Origin: Bugula neritina
Taxonomy: Eukaryota > Animalia > Bryozoa
Assembly: GCA_964035545.1 (NCBI GenBank)
Contig: CAXIUT010000183.1
Location: forward strand, 1,240,001 to 1,304,000
Direction: 5' to 3'
Length of the DNA: 64,000 bases
Positions 27,401 through 45,400 of this stretch are shown here, piece after piece. The notes under the pieces were generated by a model. The model had not been told where the DNA came from and did no database searches. It was given only the letters and a program-made list of their open reading frames with translations. Numbering within the stretch: position 1 is the stretch's first letter; each line of letters opens with the position of its first letter. The translations under genes and the position numbers were made by a program.

Positions 27401-30400
27401 ACACATTGAAATATACTGCAACATACCTAAATATACGGTAATATACTGAAATTCACTGTAACGCATTGCAAAATACTGCAACATACTGAAATTCACTGCG
27501 ACACACTGAAATACGCTGCAAAATACTACAACATACTGAAATAAACTGTAACATGTTGAAATACACTGCAACACATTGAAAAATACCGCAACATACTGAA
27601 ATATACTGTAACACACTGAAATATACTGCAACATACTGAAATACACTGTAACATACTGAAATATACTGCAACATACTGAAATACACTGCTACATACTGAA
27701 ATCTACTGCAACATACTGCAACATACTGCAATACACTGTAAAATACTGAAATACACTGCAACATACTACTACAACATATTGAAATACACTGCAACACATT
27801 GAAATACACTGCAACTTACCGAATATATGGTAAACTACTGAAATATACTGTAACGCATTGAAAAGTACTGCAACATACTGAAATATATTGTGACACATTG
27901 CAATAAACTGTAACATACTGAAAAATGCTGTAGCACACTGAAATACACTGCCATTCACTGAAATATACTGCAACATACTGAAATACACCGCAACATCCTA
28001 CAACATACTGAAGTACACTGTAACATATTGAAATACACTGCAACACATTGAAATATACTGCAACATACCGAAATATATCGTAAACTACTGAAATATACTG
28101 TAACACATTGAAAAAAACTGCAACATACTGAAATATACTGTAACAAACCGAAATATACTGCAACATACTGAAATACACTGTAACATACTGAAATATACTG
28201 TAACATACTGAAATACACTGCAACATCCTACAAAATGCTGAAATACACTGTAACATATTGAAATACACTGTAACATACTGAAATATACTGCAATATAATG
28301 AAATACACTGCAACATCCTACAAAAGGCTGAAATACACTGTAACATATTGAAATACACTGCAACACATTGAAATATACTGCAACATACCGAAATATATGG
28401 TAAACTACTGAAATATACTGTAACACATTGAAAAAAACTGACATACTGAAATATACTGCGACACCTAGCAATATACTGTAACATACTGAAATATGCTCTA
28501 GCACATTGAAATACAATGCAACTCACTGAAATATACTGCAACATACTGAAATACACTGCAACATCCTACAACATGCTGAAATACACTGTAACATATTGAA
28601 ATACACTGCAACACTTTGAAATATACTGCAACATACCGAATTATATGGTAAACTACTGCAACACACTACAACATATTGAAATACACCGCAACACATTGAA
28701 ATATACTGCAACATGCCTAAATATACGGTAATATAATGAAATATACTGTAACACACCGAAATATACTGCAACATACTGAAATACACTGTAACATACTGAA
28801 ATATACTGCAACATACTGAAATACACTGCTACATACTGAAATATACTGCAACATACTGCAACATACTGAAATACACTGTAACATAATGAAATAAACTGCA
28901 ACATACTACATCATATTGAAATACACTGCAACACATTGAAATATACTGCAACATACCTAAATATACGGTAATATACTGAAATATACTGTAACACATTGAA
29001 AAAACTGCAACATACTGAAATACACTGCAACACACTGAAATACACCGCAAAATACCACAACATACTGAAATACACTGTAACATATTGAAATCCAGTGCAA
29101 CACATTGAAATATACTGCAACATACCGAAATATATGGTAAACTAACGAAATATACTGTAACACATTGAAAAATACCGCAACATACTGAAATATACTGCGA
29201 CACATTGCAATATACTGTAACATACTGAAATATGCTGTAGCACACTGAAATACACTGCAACATCCTACAACAAACTGAAATACACTGAAACATATTGAAA
29301 TACACTGCAAGAAATTGAAATAGACTGCAACACAACAAAATATGGTAAACTACTGAAAGAGACTTTAACAGATTGAAAAATACTGCAACATACAGAAATA
29401 TACTGTAAAACACTGAAATATACTGCAACATACTGAAATACACTATAACATACTGAAATATACTGCAACATACTGAAATACACTGCTACATACTGAAATA
29501 TACTGCAACATACTGCAACATGCTGCAACATACTGAAATACGCTGTAACATACTGAAATACACTGCAACATACTACAACATATTGAAATACACTGCAACA
29601 CATTGAAATGTACTGCAACATACCGAAATATACGGTAATATACTGAAATATACTGTAACACATTGAAAAATACTGCAACATACTGAAATACACTGCAACA
29701 CACTGAAACACACCGCAAAAAACTACAACATACTGAAATACACTGTAACATATTAAAACATACTGCAACATACTGCAACATACTGAAATACACTGTAACA
29801 TATTGAAATACACTGCAACACATTGAAATATACTGCAACATACCGAAATATATGGTAAACTAATGAAATATACTGTAACACATTGAAAAATACCGCAACA
29901 TACTGAAATATACTGCGACACATTGCAATATACTGTAACATACTGAAATATGCTGTAGCACACTGAAATACACTGCAACATCCTACAACATACTGAAATA
30001 CACTGTAACATATTGAAATACACTGCAAAACATTGAAATTTACTGCAACATAACAAAATATATGGTAAACTACTGAAATAGACTTTAACACATTGAAAAA
30101 TACTGCAACATACTGAAATATACTGTAACACACTGAAGTATACTGCAACATACTGAAATACACTGTAACATACTGAAATACACTGCAACATACTGAAATA
30201 CACTGCTACATACTGAAATATACTGCAACGTACTGCAACATACTCCAGCATACTGAAATACACTGTAACATACTGAAATACACTGCAACATACTACCACA
30301 TATTGAAATACACTGCAACACATTGAAATGTACTGCAACATACCGAAATATATGGTAAACTACTAAAATATACTGTAACATATTGAAAAATACTGCAACA

Positions 30401-33400
30401 TACTCAAATATACTGCGACACCTAGCAATATACTGTAACATACTGAAATATGCTCTAGCACACTGAAATACAATGCAACTTACTGAAATATACTGCAACA
30501 TACTTAAATACACTGCAACAACCTACAATATGCTGAAATACACTGTAACATATTGAAATACACTGCAACACTTTGAAATATACTGCAACATACCGAAATA
30601 TATGGTAAACTACTGCAACATACTACAACATATTGAAATACACTGCAACACATTGAAGTATACTGCAACATACCTAAATATACGGTAATATACTGAAATA
30701 TACTGTAACACATTGAAAAATACTGCAACATACTGAAATATACTGTAACACACCGAAATATACTGCAACATACTGAAATACACTGTAACATACTGAAATA
30801 TACTGTAACATACTGAAATACACTGCTACATACTGAAATATGCTGCAACATACTGCAACATACTGAAATAAACTGCAACATACTACAACATATTGAAATA
30901 CACTGCAACACATTGAAATATACTGCAACATACCTAAATATACGGTAATATACTGAAATTCACTGTAACGCATTGCAAAATACTGCAACATACTGAAATT
31001 CACTGCGACACACTGAAATACGCTGCAAAATACTACAACATACTGAAATAAACTGTAACATATTGAAATACACTGCAACACATTGAAAAATACTGCAACA
31101 TACTGACATTTACTGTAACACACTGAAATATACTGCAACATACTGAAATACACTGTAACATACTGAAATATACTGCAACATACTGAAATACACTGCTACA
31201 TACTGAAATATACTGCAACATACTGCAACATACTGCAATACACTGTAACATACTGAAATACACTGCAACATACTACAACATATTGAAATACACTGCAACA
31301 CATTGAAATACACTGCAACTTACCGAATATATGGTAAACTACTGAAATATACTGTAACGCATTGAAAAATACTGCAACATACTGAAATATATTGCGACAC
31401 ATTGCAATATACTGTAACATACTGAAAAATGCTGTAGCACACTGAAATATACTGCAATTCACTGAAATATACTGCAACATACTGAAATGCACCGCAACAT
31501 CCTACAACATACTGAAATACTTTGTAACATATTGAAATACACCGCAACACATTGAAATATACTGCAACATAACGAAATATATGGTAAACTAATGAAATAT
31601 ATTTTAACACATTGAAAAATACTGCAACATACTGAAATACACTGCAACACATTGAAATATACTGCAACATACCGAAATATATGGTAAACTACTGAAATAT
31701 ACTGTAACACATTGAAAAATACTGCAACATACTGAAATACACTGTAACATACTGAAATAAACTGCAACATACTACAACATATTGAAATACACTGCAACAA
31801 ATTGAAATATACTGCAACATACCTAAATATACGGTAATATACTGAAATTCACTGTAACGCATTGCAAAATACTGCAACATACTGAAATTCACTGCGACAC
31901 ACTGAAATACGCTGCAAAATACTACAACATACTGAAATAAACTGTAACATATTGAAATACACTGCAACACATTGAAATATACTGCAACATAACAAAATAT
32001 ATGGTAAACTACTGAAATAGACTTTAACACATTGAAAAATACTGCAACATACTGAAATACACTGTAACATACTGAAATATACTGCAACATACTGAAATAC
32101 ACTGCTACATACTGAAATATACTGCAACGTACTGCAACATACTCCAGCATACTGAAATACACTGTAACATACTGAAATACACTGCAACATACTACCACAT
32201 ATTGAAATACACTGCAACACATTGAAATATACTGCAACATACCTAAATATACGGTAATATACTGAAATTCACTGTAACGCATTGCAAAATACTGCAACAT
32301 ACTGAAATTCACTGCGACACACTGAAATACGCTGCAAAATACTACAACATAATGAAATAAACTGTAACATGTTGAAATACACTGCAACACATTGAAAAAT
32401 ACTGCAACATACTGAAATATACTGTAACACACTGAAATATACTGCAACATACTGAAATACACTGTAACATACTGAAATATACTGCAACATACTGAAATAC
32501 ACTGCTACATACTGAAATATACTGCAACATACTGCAACATACTGCAATACACTGTAAAATACTGAAATACACTGCAACATACTACAACATATTGAAATAC
32601 ACTGCAACACATTGAAATACACTGCAACTTATCGAATATATGGAAAACTACTGAAATATACTGTAACGCATTGAAAAAGACTGCAACATACTGAAATATA
32701 TTGCGACACATTGCAATATACTGTAATATACTGAAAAATGCTGTATCACACTGAAATATACTGCAATTCGCTGAAATATACTGCAACATACTGAAATACA
32801 CCGCAACATCCTACAACATACTAAAATACACTGTAACATTTCGAAATACACTGCAACACATTGAATTATACTGCAACATAACGAAATATATGGTAAACTA
32901 CTGAAATATATTTTAACAAATTGAAAAATACTGCAACATACTGAAATATACTCTAACACACTGAAGTATACTGCAACATACTGAAATACACTGTAACATA
33001 CTGAAATATACTGCAACATACTGAAATACACTGCTACATACTGAAATATACTGCAACGTACTGCAACATACTGCAGCATACTGAAATACACTGTAACATA
33101 CTGAAATACACTGCAACATACTACCACATATTGAAATACACTGCAACACATTGAAATGTACTGCAACATACCGAAATATATGGTAAACTACTAAAATATA
33201 CTGTAACACATTGAAAAATACTGCAACATACTGAAATATACTGCGACACCTAGCAATATACTGTAACATACTGAAATATTCTCTAGCACACTGAAATACA
33301 ATGCAACTTACTGAAATATACTGCAACATACTGAAATACACTGCAACATCCTGCAATATGCTGAAATACACAGTAACATATTGAAATACACTGCAACATA

Positions 33401-36400
33401 TTGAAATATACTGCAACACATTGAAATATACTGCGACATACCTAAATATACGGTAATATACTGAAATATACTGTAACACATTGAAAAATACTGCAACATA
33501 CTGAAATATACTGTAACACACCGAAATATACTGCAACATACTGAAATACACTGTAACATACTGAAATACACTGCTACATACTGAAATATACTGCAACATA
33601 CTGCAACATACTGAAATACACAGTAACATACTGAAATAAACTGCAACATACTACAACATATTGAAATACACTGCAACATATTGAAATGTACTGCAACATA
33701 CCTAAATATACGGTAATATACTGAAATTCACTGTAACGCATTGCAAAATACTGCAACATACTGAAATTCACTGCGACACACTGAAATATGCTGCAAAATA
33801 CTACAACATACTGAAATAAACTGTAACATGTTGAAATACACTGCAACACATTGAAAAATACTGCAACATACTGAAATATACTGTAACACACTGAAATATA
33901 CTGCAACATACTGAAATACACTGTAACATACTGAAATATACTGCAACATACTGAAATACACTGCTACATACTGAAATATACTGCAACATACTGCAACATA
34001 CTTAAATACACTGTAAAATACTGAAATACACTGCAACATACTACTACAACATATCGAAATACACTGCAACACATTGAAATACACTGCAACTTACCGAATA
34101 TATGGTAAACTACTGAAATATACTGTAACGCATTGAAAAGTACTGCAACATACTGAAATATATTGCGACACATTGCAATAAACTGTAACATACTGAAAAA
34201 TGCTGTAGCACACTGAAATACACTGCCATTCACTGAAATATACTGCAACATACTGAAATACACCGCAACATCCTACAACATACTGAAGTACACTGTAACA
34301 TATTGAAATACACTGCAACACATTGAAATATACTGCAACATACCGAAATATATCGTAAACTACTGAAATATACTGTAACACATTGAAAAAAACTGCAACA
34401 TACTGAAATATACTGTAACAAACCGAAATATACTGCAACATACTGAAATACACTGTAACATACTGAAATATACTGTAACATACTGAAATACACTGCAACA
34501 TCCTACAAAATGCTGAAATACACTGTAACATATTGAAATACACTGTAACATACTGAAATATACTGCAATATAATGAAATACACTGCAACATCCTACAAAA
34601 GGCTGAAATACACTGTAACATATTGAAATACACTGCAACACATTGAAATATACTGCAACATACCGAAATATATGGTAAACTACTGAAATATACTGTAACA
34701 CATTGAAAAAAACTGACATACTGAAATATACTGCGACACCTAGCAATATACTGTAACATACTGAAATACACTGCAACATCCTACAACATGCTGAAATACA
34801 CTGTAACATATTGAAATACACTGCAACACTTTGAAATATACTGCAACATACCGAAATATATGGTAAACTACTGCAACACACTACAACATATTGAAATACA
34901 CTGCAACACATTGAAATATACTGCAACATGCCTAAATATACGGTAATATAATGAAATATACTGTAACACACCGAAATATACTGCAACATACTGAAATACA
35001 CTGTAACATATTGAAATATACTGCAACATACTGAAATACACTGCTACATACTGAAATATACTGCAACATACTGCAACATACTGAAATACACTGTAACATA
35101 ATGAAATAAACTGCAACATACTACATCATATTGAAATACACTGCAACACATTGAAATATACTGCAACATACCTAAATATACGGTAATATACTGAAATATA
35201 CTGTAACACATTGAAAAAACTGCAACATACTGAAATACACTGCAACACACTGAAATACACCGCAAAATACCACAACATACTGAAATACACTGTAACATAT
35301 TGAAATCCAGTGCAACACATTGAAATATACTGCAACATACCGAAATATATGGTAAACTAATGAAATATACTGTAACACATTGAAAAATACCGCAACATAC
35401 TGAAATATACTGCGACACATTGCAATATACTGTAACATACTGAAATATGCTGTAGCACACTGAAATACACTGCAACATCCTACAACAAACTGAAATACAC
35501 TGAAACATATTGAAATACACTGCAAGAAATTGAAATAGACTGCAACACAACAAAATATGGTAAACTACTGAAATAGACTTTAACAGATTGAAAAATACTG
35601 CAACATACAGAAATATACTGTAACACACTAAAATATACTGCAACATACTGAAATACACTATAACATACTGAAATATACTGCAACATACTGAAATACACTG
35701 CTACATACTGAAATATACTGCAACATACCGCAACATGCTGCAACATACTGAAATACGCTGTAACATACTGAAATACACTGCAACATACTACAACATATTG
35801 AAATACACTGCAACACATTGAAATGTACTGCAACATACCGAAATATACGGTAATATACTGAAATATACTGTAACACATTGAAAAATACTGCAACATACTG
35901 AAATACACTGCAACACACTGAAACACACCGCAAAAAACTACAACATACTGAAATACACTGTAACATATTAAAACATACTGCAACATACTGCAACATACTG
36001 AAATACACTGTAACATATTGAAATACACTGCAACACATTGAAATATACTGCAACATACCGAAATATATGGTAAACTAATGAAATATACTGTAACACATTG
36101 AAAAATACCGCAACATACTGAAATATACTGCGACACATTGCAATATACTGTAACATACTGAAATATGCTGTAGCACACTGAAATACACTGCAACATCCTA
36201 CAACATACTGAAATACACTGTAACATATTGAAATACACTGCAAAACATTGAAATTTACTGCAACATAACAAAATATATGGTAAACTACTGAAATAGACTT
36301 TAACACATTGAAAAATACTGCAACATACTGAAATATACTGTAACACACTGAAGTATACTGCAACATACTGAAATACACTGTAACATACTGAAATACACTG

Positions 36401-39400
36401 CAACATACTGAAATACACTGCTACATACTGAAATATACTGCAACGTACTGCAACATACTCCAGCATACTGAAATACACTGTAACATACTGAAATACATTG
36501 CAACATACTACCGCATATTGAAATACACTGCAACACATTGAAATGTACTGCAACATACCGAAATATATGGTAAACTACTAAAATATACTGTAACATATTG
36601 AAAAATACTGCAACATACTGAAATATACTGCGACACCTAGCAATATACTGTAACATACTGAAATATGCTCTAGCACACTGAAATACAATGCAACTTACTG
36701 AAATATACTGCAACATTCTTAAATACACTGCAACAACCTACAATATGCTGAAATACACTGTAACATATTGAAATACACTGCAACACTTTGAAATATACTG
36801 CAACATACCGAAATATATGGTAAACTACTGCAACATACTACAACATATTGAAATACACTGCAACACATTGAAGTATACTGCAACATACCTAAATATACGG
36901 TAATATACTGAAATATACTGTAACACATCGAAAAATACTGCAACATACTGAAATATACTGTAACACACCGAAATATACTGCAACATACTGAAATACACTG
37001 TAACATACTGAAATATACTGTAACATACTGAAATACACTGCTACATACTGAAATATGCTGCAACATACTGCAACATACTGAAATAAACTGCAACATACTA
37101 CAACATATTGAAATACACTGCAACACATTGAAATATACTGCAACATACCTAAATATACGGTAATACACTGAAATTCACTGTAACGCATTGCAAAATACTG
37201 CAACATACTGAAATTCACTGCGACACACTGAAATACGCTGCAAAATACTACAACATACTGAAATAAACTGTAACATATTGAAATACGGTGCAACACATTG
37301 AAAAATACTGCAACATACTGAAATTTACTGTAACACACTGAAATATACTGCAACATACTGAAATACACTGTAACATACTGAAATATACTGCAACATACTG
37401 AAATACACTGCTACATACTGAAATATACTGCAACATACTGCAACATACTGCAATACACTGTAACATACTGAAATACACTGCAACATACTACAACATATTG
37501 AAATACACTGCAACACATTGAAATACACTGCAACTTACCGAATATATGGTAAACTACTGAAATATACTGTAACGCATTGAAAAATACTGCAACATACTGA
37601 AATATATTGCGACACATTGCAATATACTGTAACATACTGAAAAATGCTGTAGCACACTGAAATATACTGCAATTCACTGAAATATACTGCAACATACTGA
37701 AATACACCGCAACATCCTACAACATACTGAAATACTTTGTAACATATTGAAATACACTGCAACACATTGAAATATACTGCAACATAACGAAATATATGGT
37801 AAACTAATGAAATATATTTTAACACATTGAAAAATACTGCAACATACTGAAATATATTTTAACACATTGAAAAATACTGCAACATACTGAAATACACTGC
37901 AACACATTGAAATATACTGCAACATACCGAAATATATGGTAAACTACTGAAATATACTGTAACATACTGAAATACACTGCTACATACTGAAATATACTGC
38001 AACATACTGCAACATACTGAAATACACAGTAACATACTGAAATAAACTGCAACATACTACAACATATTGAAATACACTGCAACACATTGAAATATACTGC
38101 AACATACCTAAATATACGGTAATATACTGAAATTCACTGTAACGCATTGCAAAATACTGCAACATACTGAAATTCACTGCGACACACTGAAATACGCTGC
38201 AAAATACTACAACATACTGAAATAAACTGTAACATGTTGAAATACACTGCAACACATTGAAAAATACTGCAACATACTGAAATATACTGTAACACACTGA
38301 AATATACTGCAACATACTGAAATACACTGTAACATACTGAAATATACTGGAACATACTGAAATACACTGCTACATACTGAAATCTACTGCAACATACTGC
38401 AACATACTGCAATACACTGTAAAATACTGAAATACACTGCAACATACTACTACAACATATTGAAATACACTGCAACACATTGAAATACACTGCAACTTAC
38501 CGAATATATGGTAAACTACTGAAATATACTGTAACGCATTGAAAAGTACTGCAACATACTGAAATATATTGTGACACATTGCAATAAACTGTAACATACT
38601 GAAAAATGCTGTAGCACACTGAAATACACTGCCATTCACTGAAATATACTGCAACATACTGAAATACACCGCAACATCCTACAACATACTGAAGTACACT
38701 GTAACATATTGAAATACACTGCAACACATTGAAATATACTGCAACATACCGAAATATATCGTAAACTACTGAAATATACTGTAACACATTGAAAAAAACT
38801 GCAACATACTGAAATATACTGTAACAAACCGAAATATACTGCAACATACTGAAATACACTGTAACATACTGAAATATACTGTAACATACTGAAATACACT
38901 GCAACATCCTACAAAATGCTTAAATACACTGTAACATATTGAAATACACTGTAACATACTGAAATATACTGCAATATAATGAAATACACTGCAACATCCT
39001 ACAAAAGGCTGAAATACACTGTAACATATTGAAATACACTGCAACACATTGAAATATACTGCAACATACCGAAATATATGGTAAACTACTGAAATATACT
39101 GTAACGCATTGAAAAAAACTGACATACTGAAATATACTGCGACACCTAGCAATATACTGTAACATACTGAAATATGCTCTAGCACACTGAAATACAATGC
39201 AACTCACTGAAATATACTGCAACATACTGAAATACACTGCAACATCCTACAACATGCTGAAATACACTGTAACATATTGAAATACACTGCAACACTTTGA
39301 AATATACTGCAACATACCGAATTATATGGTAAACTACTGCAACACACTACAACATATTGAAATACACCGCAACACATTGAAATATACTGCAACATGCCTA

Positions 39401-42400
39401 AATATACGGTAATATAATGAAATATACTGTAACACACCGAAATATACTGCAACATACTGAAATACACTGTAACATACTGAAATACACTGCAACATACTGA
39501 AATACACTGCTACATACTGAAATATACTGCAACATACTGCAACATACTGAAATACACTGTAACATAATGAAATAAACTGCAACATACTACATCATATTGA
39601 AATACACTGCAACACATTGAAATATACTGCAACATACCTAAATATACGGTAATATACTGAAATATACTGTAACACATTGAAAAAACTGCAACATACTGAA
39701 ATACACTGCAACACACTGAAATACACCGCAAAATACCACAACATACTGAAATACACTGTAACATATTGAAATCCAGTGCAACACATTGAAATATACTGCA
39801 ACATACCGAAATATATGGTAAACTAACGAAATATACTGTAACACATTGAAAAATACCGCAACATACTGAAATATACTGCGACACATTGCAATATACTGTA
39901 ACATACTGAAATATGCTGTAGCACACTGAAATACACTGCAACATCCTACAACAAACTGAAATACACTGAAACATATTGAAATACACTGCAAGAAATTGAA
40001 ATAGACTGCAACACAACAAAATATGGTAAACTACTGAAATAGACTTTAACAGATTGAAAAATACTGCAACATACAGAAATATACTGTAACACACTGAAAT
40101 ATACTGCAACATACTGAAATACACTATAACATACTGAAATATACTGCAACATACTGAAATACACTGCTACATACTGAAATATACTGCAACATACTGCAAC
40201 ATGCTGCAACATACTGAAATACGCTGTAACATACTGAAATACACTGCAACATACTACAACATATTGAAATACACTGCAACACATTGAAATGTACTGCAAC
40301 ATACCGAAATATACGGTAATATACTGAAATATACTGTAACACATTGAAAAATACTGCAACATACTGAAATACACTGCAACACACTGAAACACACCGCAAA
40401 AAACTACAACATACTGAAATACACTGTAACATATTAAAACATACTGCAACATACTGCAACATACTGAAATACACTGTAACATATTGAAATACACTGCAAC
40501 ACATTGAAATATACTGCAACATACCGAAATATATGGTAAACTAATGAAATATACTGTAACACATTGAAAAATACCGCAACATACTGAAATATACTGTAAC
40601 ACACCGAAATATACTGCAACATACTGAAATACACTGTAACATACTGAAATATGCTGTAGCACACTGAAATACACTGCAACATCCTACAACATACTGAAAT
40701 ACACTGTAACATATTGAAATACACTGCAAAACATTGAAATTTACTGCAACATAACAAAATATATGGTAAACTACTGAAATAGACTTTAACACATTGAAAA
40801 ATACTGCAACATACTGAAATATACTGTAACACACTGAAGTATACTGCAACATACTGAAATACACTGTAACATACTGAAATACACTGCAACATACTGAAAT
40901 ACACTGCTACATACTGAAATATACTGCAACGTACTGCAACATACTCCAGCATACTGAAATACACTGTAACATACTGAAATACACTGCAACATACTACCAC
41001 ATATTGAAATACACTGCAACACATTGAAATGTACTGCAACATACCGAAATATATGGTAAACTACTAAAATATACTGTAACATATTGAAAAATACTGCAAC
41101 ATACTCAAATATACTGCGACACCTAGCAATATACTGTAACATACTGAAATATGCTCTAGCACACTGAAATACAATGCAACTTACTGAAATATACTGCAAC
41201 ATACTTAAATACACTGCAACAACCTACAATATGCTGAAATACACTGTAACATATTGAAATACACTGCAACACTTTGAAATATACTGCAACATACCGAAAT
41301 ATATGGTAAACTACTGCAACATACTACAACATATTGAAATACACTGCAACACATTGAAATGTACTGCAACATACCGAAATATACGGTAATATACTGAAAT
41401 ATACTGTAACACATTGAAAAATACTGCAACATACTGAAATATACTGTAACACACCGAAATATACTGCAACATACTGAAATACACTGTAACATACTGAAAT
41501 ATACTGTAACATACTGAAATACACTGCTACATACTGAAATATGCTGCAACATACTGCAACATACTGAAATAAACTGCAACATACTACAACATATTGAAAT
41601 ACACTGCAACACATTGAAATATACTGCAACATACCTAAATATACGGTAATATACTGAAATTCACTGTAACGCATTGCAAAATACTGCAACATACTGAAAT
41701 TCACTGCGACACACTGAAATACGCTGCAAAATACTACAACATACTGAAATAAACTGTAACATATTGAAATACACTGCAACACATTGAAAAATACTGCAAC
41801 ATACTGAAATTTACTGTAACACACTGAAATATACTGCAACATACTGAAATACACTGTAACATACTGAAATATACTGCAACATACTGAAATACACTGCTAC
41901 ATACTGAAATATACTGCAACATACTGCAACATACTGCAATACACTGTAACATACTGAAATACACTGCAACATACTACAACATATTGAAATACACTGCAAC
42001 ACATTGAAATACACTGCAACTTACCGAATATATGGTAAACTACTGAAATATACTGTAACGCATTGAAAAATACTGCAACATACTGAAATATATTGCGACA
42101 CATTGCAATATACTGTAACATACTGAAAAATGCTGTAGCACACTGAAATATACTGCAATTCACTGAAATATACTGCAACATACTGAAATGCACCGCAACA
42201 TCCTACAACATACTGAAATACTTTGTAACATATTGAAATACACCGCAACACATTGAAATATACTGCAACATAACGAAATATATGGTAAACTAATGAAATA
42301 TATTTTAACACATTGAAAAATACTGCAACATACTGAAATACACTGCAACACATTGAAATATACTGCAACATACCGAAATATATGGTAAACTACTGAAATA

Positions 42401-45400
42401 TACTGTAACACATTGAAAAATACTGCAACATACTGAAATACACTGTAACATACTGAAATAAACTGCAACATACTACAACATATTGAAATACACTGCAACA
42501 AATTGAAATATACTGCAACATACCTAAATATACGGTAATATACTGAAATTCACTGTAACGCATTGCAAAATACTGCAACATACTGAAATTCACTGCGACA
42601 CACTGAAATACGCTGCAAAATACTACAACATACTGAAATAAACTGTAACATATTGAAATACACTGCAACACATTGAAATATACTGCAACATAACAAAATA
42701 TATGGTAAACTACTGAAATAGACTTTAACACATTGAAAAATACTGCAACATACTGAAATACACTGTAACATACTGAAATATACTGCAACATACTGAAATA
42801 CACTGCTACATACTGAAATATACTGCAACGTACTGCAACATACTCCAGCATACTGAAATACACTGTAACATACTGAAATACACTGCAACATACTACCACA
42901 TATTGAAATACACTGCAACACATTGAAATATACTGCAACATACCTAAATATACGGTAATATACTGAAATTCACTGTAACGCATTGCAAAATACTGCAACA
43001 TACTGAAATTCACTGCGACACACTGAAATACGCTGCAAAATACTACAACATACTGAAATAAACTGTAACATGTTGAAATACACTGCAACACATTGAAAAA
43101 TACTGCAACATACTGAAATATACTGTAACACACTGAAATATACTGCAACATACTGAAATACACTGTAACATACTGAAATATACTGCAACATACTGAAATA
43201 CACTGCTACATACTGAAATATACTGCAACATACTGCAACATACTGCAATACACTGTAAAATACTGAAATACACTGCAACATACTACAACATATTGAAATA
43301 CACTGCAACACATTGAAATACACTGCAACTTATCGAATATATGGAAAACTACTGAAATATACTGTAACGCATTGAAAAAGACTGCAACATACTGAAATAT
43401 ATTGCGACACATTGCAATATACTGTAATATACTGAAAAATGCTGTATCACACTGAAATATACTGCAATTCGCTGAAATATACTGCAACATACTGAAATAC
43501 ACCGCAACATCCTACAACATACTAAAATACACTGTAACATTTCGAAATACACTGCAACACATTGAATTATACTGCAACATAACGAAATATATGGTAAACT
43601 ACTGAAATATATTTTAACAAATTGAAAAATACTGCAACATACTGAAATATACTCTAACACACTGAAGTATACTGCAACATACTGAAATACACTGTAACAT
43701 ACTGAAATATACTGCAACATACTGAAATACACTGCTACATACTGAAATATACTGCAACGTACTGCAACATACTGCAGCATACTGAAATACACTGTAACAT
43801 ACTGAAATACACTGCAACATACTACCACATATTGAAATACACTGCAACACATTGAAATGTACTGCAACATACCGAAATATATGGTAAACTACTAAAATAT
43901 ACTGTAACACATTGAAAAATACTGCAACATACTGAAATATACTGCGACACCTAGCAATATACTGTAACATACTGAAATATTCTCTAGCACACTGAAATAC
44001 AATGCAACTTACTGAAATATACTGCAACATACTGAAATACACTGCAACATCCTGCAATATGCTGAAATACACAGTAAGATATTGAAATACACTGCAACAT
44101 ATTGAAATATACTGCAACACATTGAAATATACTGCGACATACCTAAATATACGGTAATATACTGAAATATACTGTAACACATTGAAAAATACTGCAACAT
44201 ACTGAAATATACTGTAACACACCGAAATATACTGCAACATACTGAAATACACTGTAACATACTGAAATACACTGCTACATACTGAAATATACTGCAACAT
44301 ACTGCAACATACTGAAATACACAGTAACATACTGAAATAAACTGCAACATACTACAACATATTGAAATACACTGCAACATATTGAAATGTACTGCAACAT
44401 ACCTAAATATACAGTAATATACTGAAATTCACTGTAACGCAATGCAAAATACTGCAACATACTGAAATTCACTGCGACACACTGAAATACGCTGCAAAAT
44501 ACTACAACATACTGAAATAAACTGTAACATGTTGAAATACACTGCAACACACTGAAAAATACTGCAACATACTGAAATATACTGTAACACACTGAAATAT
44601 ACTGCAACATACTGAAATACACTGTAACATACTGAAATATACTGCAACATACTGAAATACACTGCTACATACTGAAATATACTGCAACATACTGCAACAT
44701 ACTTAAATACACTGTAAAATACTGAAATACACTGCAACATACTACTACAACATATCGAAATACACTGCAACACATTGAAATACACTGCAACTTACCGAAT
44801 ATATGGTAAACTACTGAAATATACTGTAACGCATTGAAAAGTACTGCAACATACTGAAATATATTGCGACACATTGCAATAAACTGTAACATACTGAAAA
44901 ATGCTGTAGCACACTGAAATACACTGCCATTCACTGAAATATACTGCAACATACTGAAATACACCGCAACATCCTACAACATACTGAAGTACACTGTAAC
45001 ATATTGAAATACACTGCAACACATTGAAATATACTGCAACATACCGAAATATATCGTAAACTACTGAAATATACTGTAACACATTGAAAAAAACTGCAAC
45101 ATACTGAAATATACTGTAACAAACCGAAATATACTGCAACATACTGAAATACACTGTAACATACTGAAATATACTGTAACATACTGAAATACACTGCAAC
45201 ATCCTACAAAATGCTGAAATACACTGTAACATATTGAAATACACTGTAACATACTGAAATATACTGCAATATAATGAAATACACTGCAACATCCTACAAA
45301 AGGCTGAAATACACTGTAACATATTGAAATACACTGCAACACATTGAAATATACTGCAACATACCGAAATATATGGTAAACTACTGAAATATACTGTAAC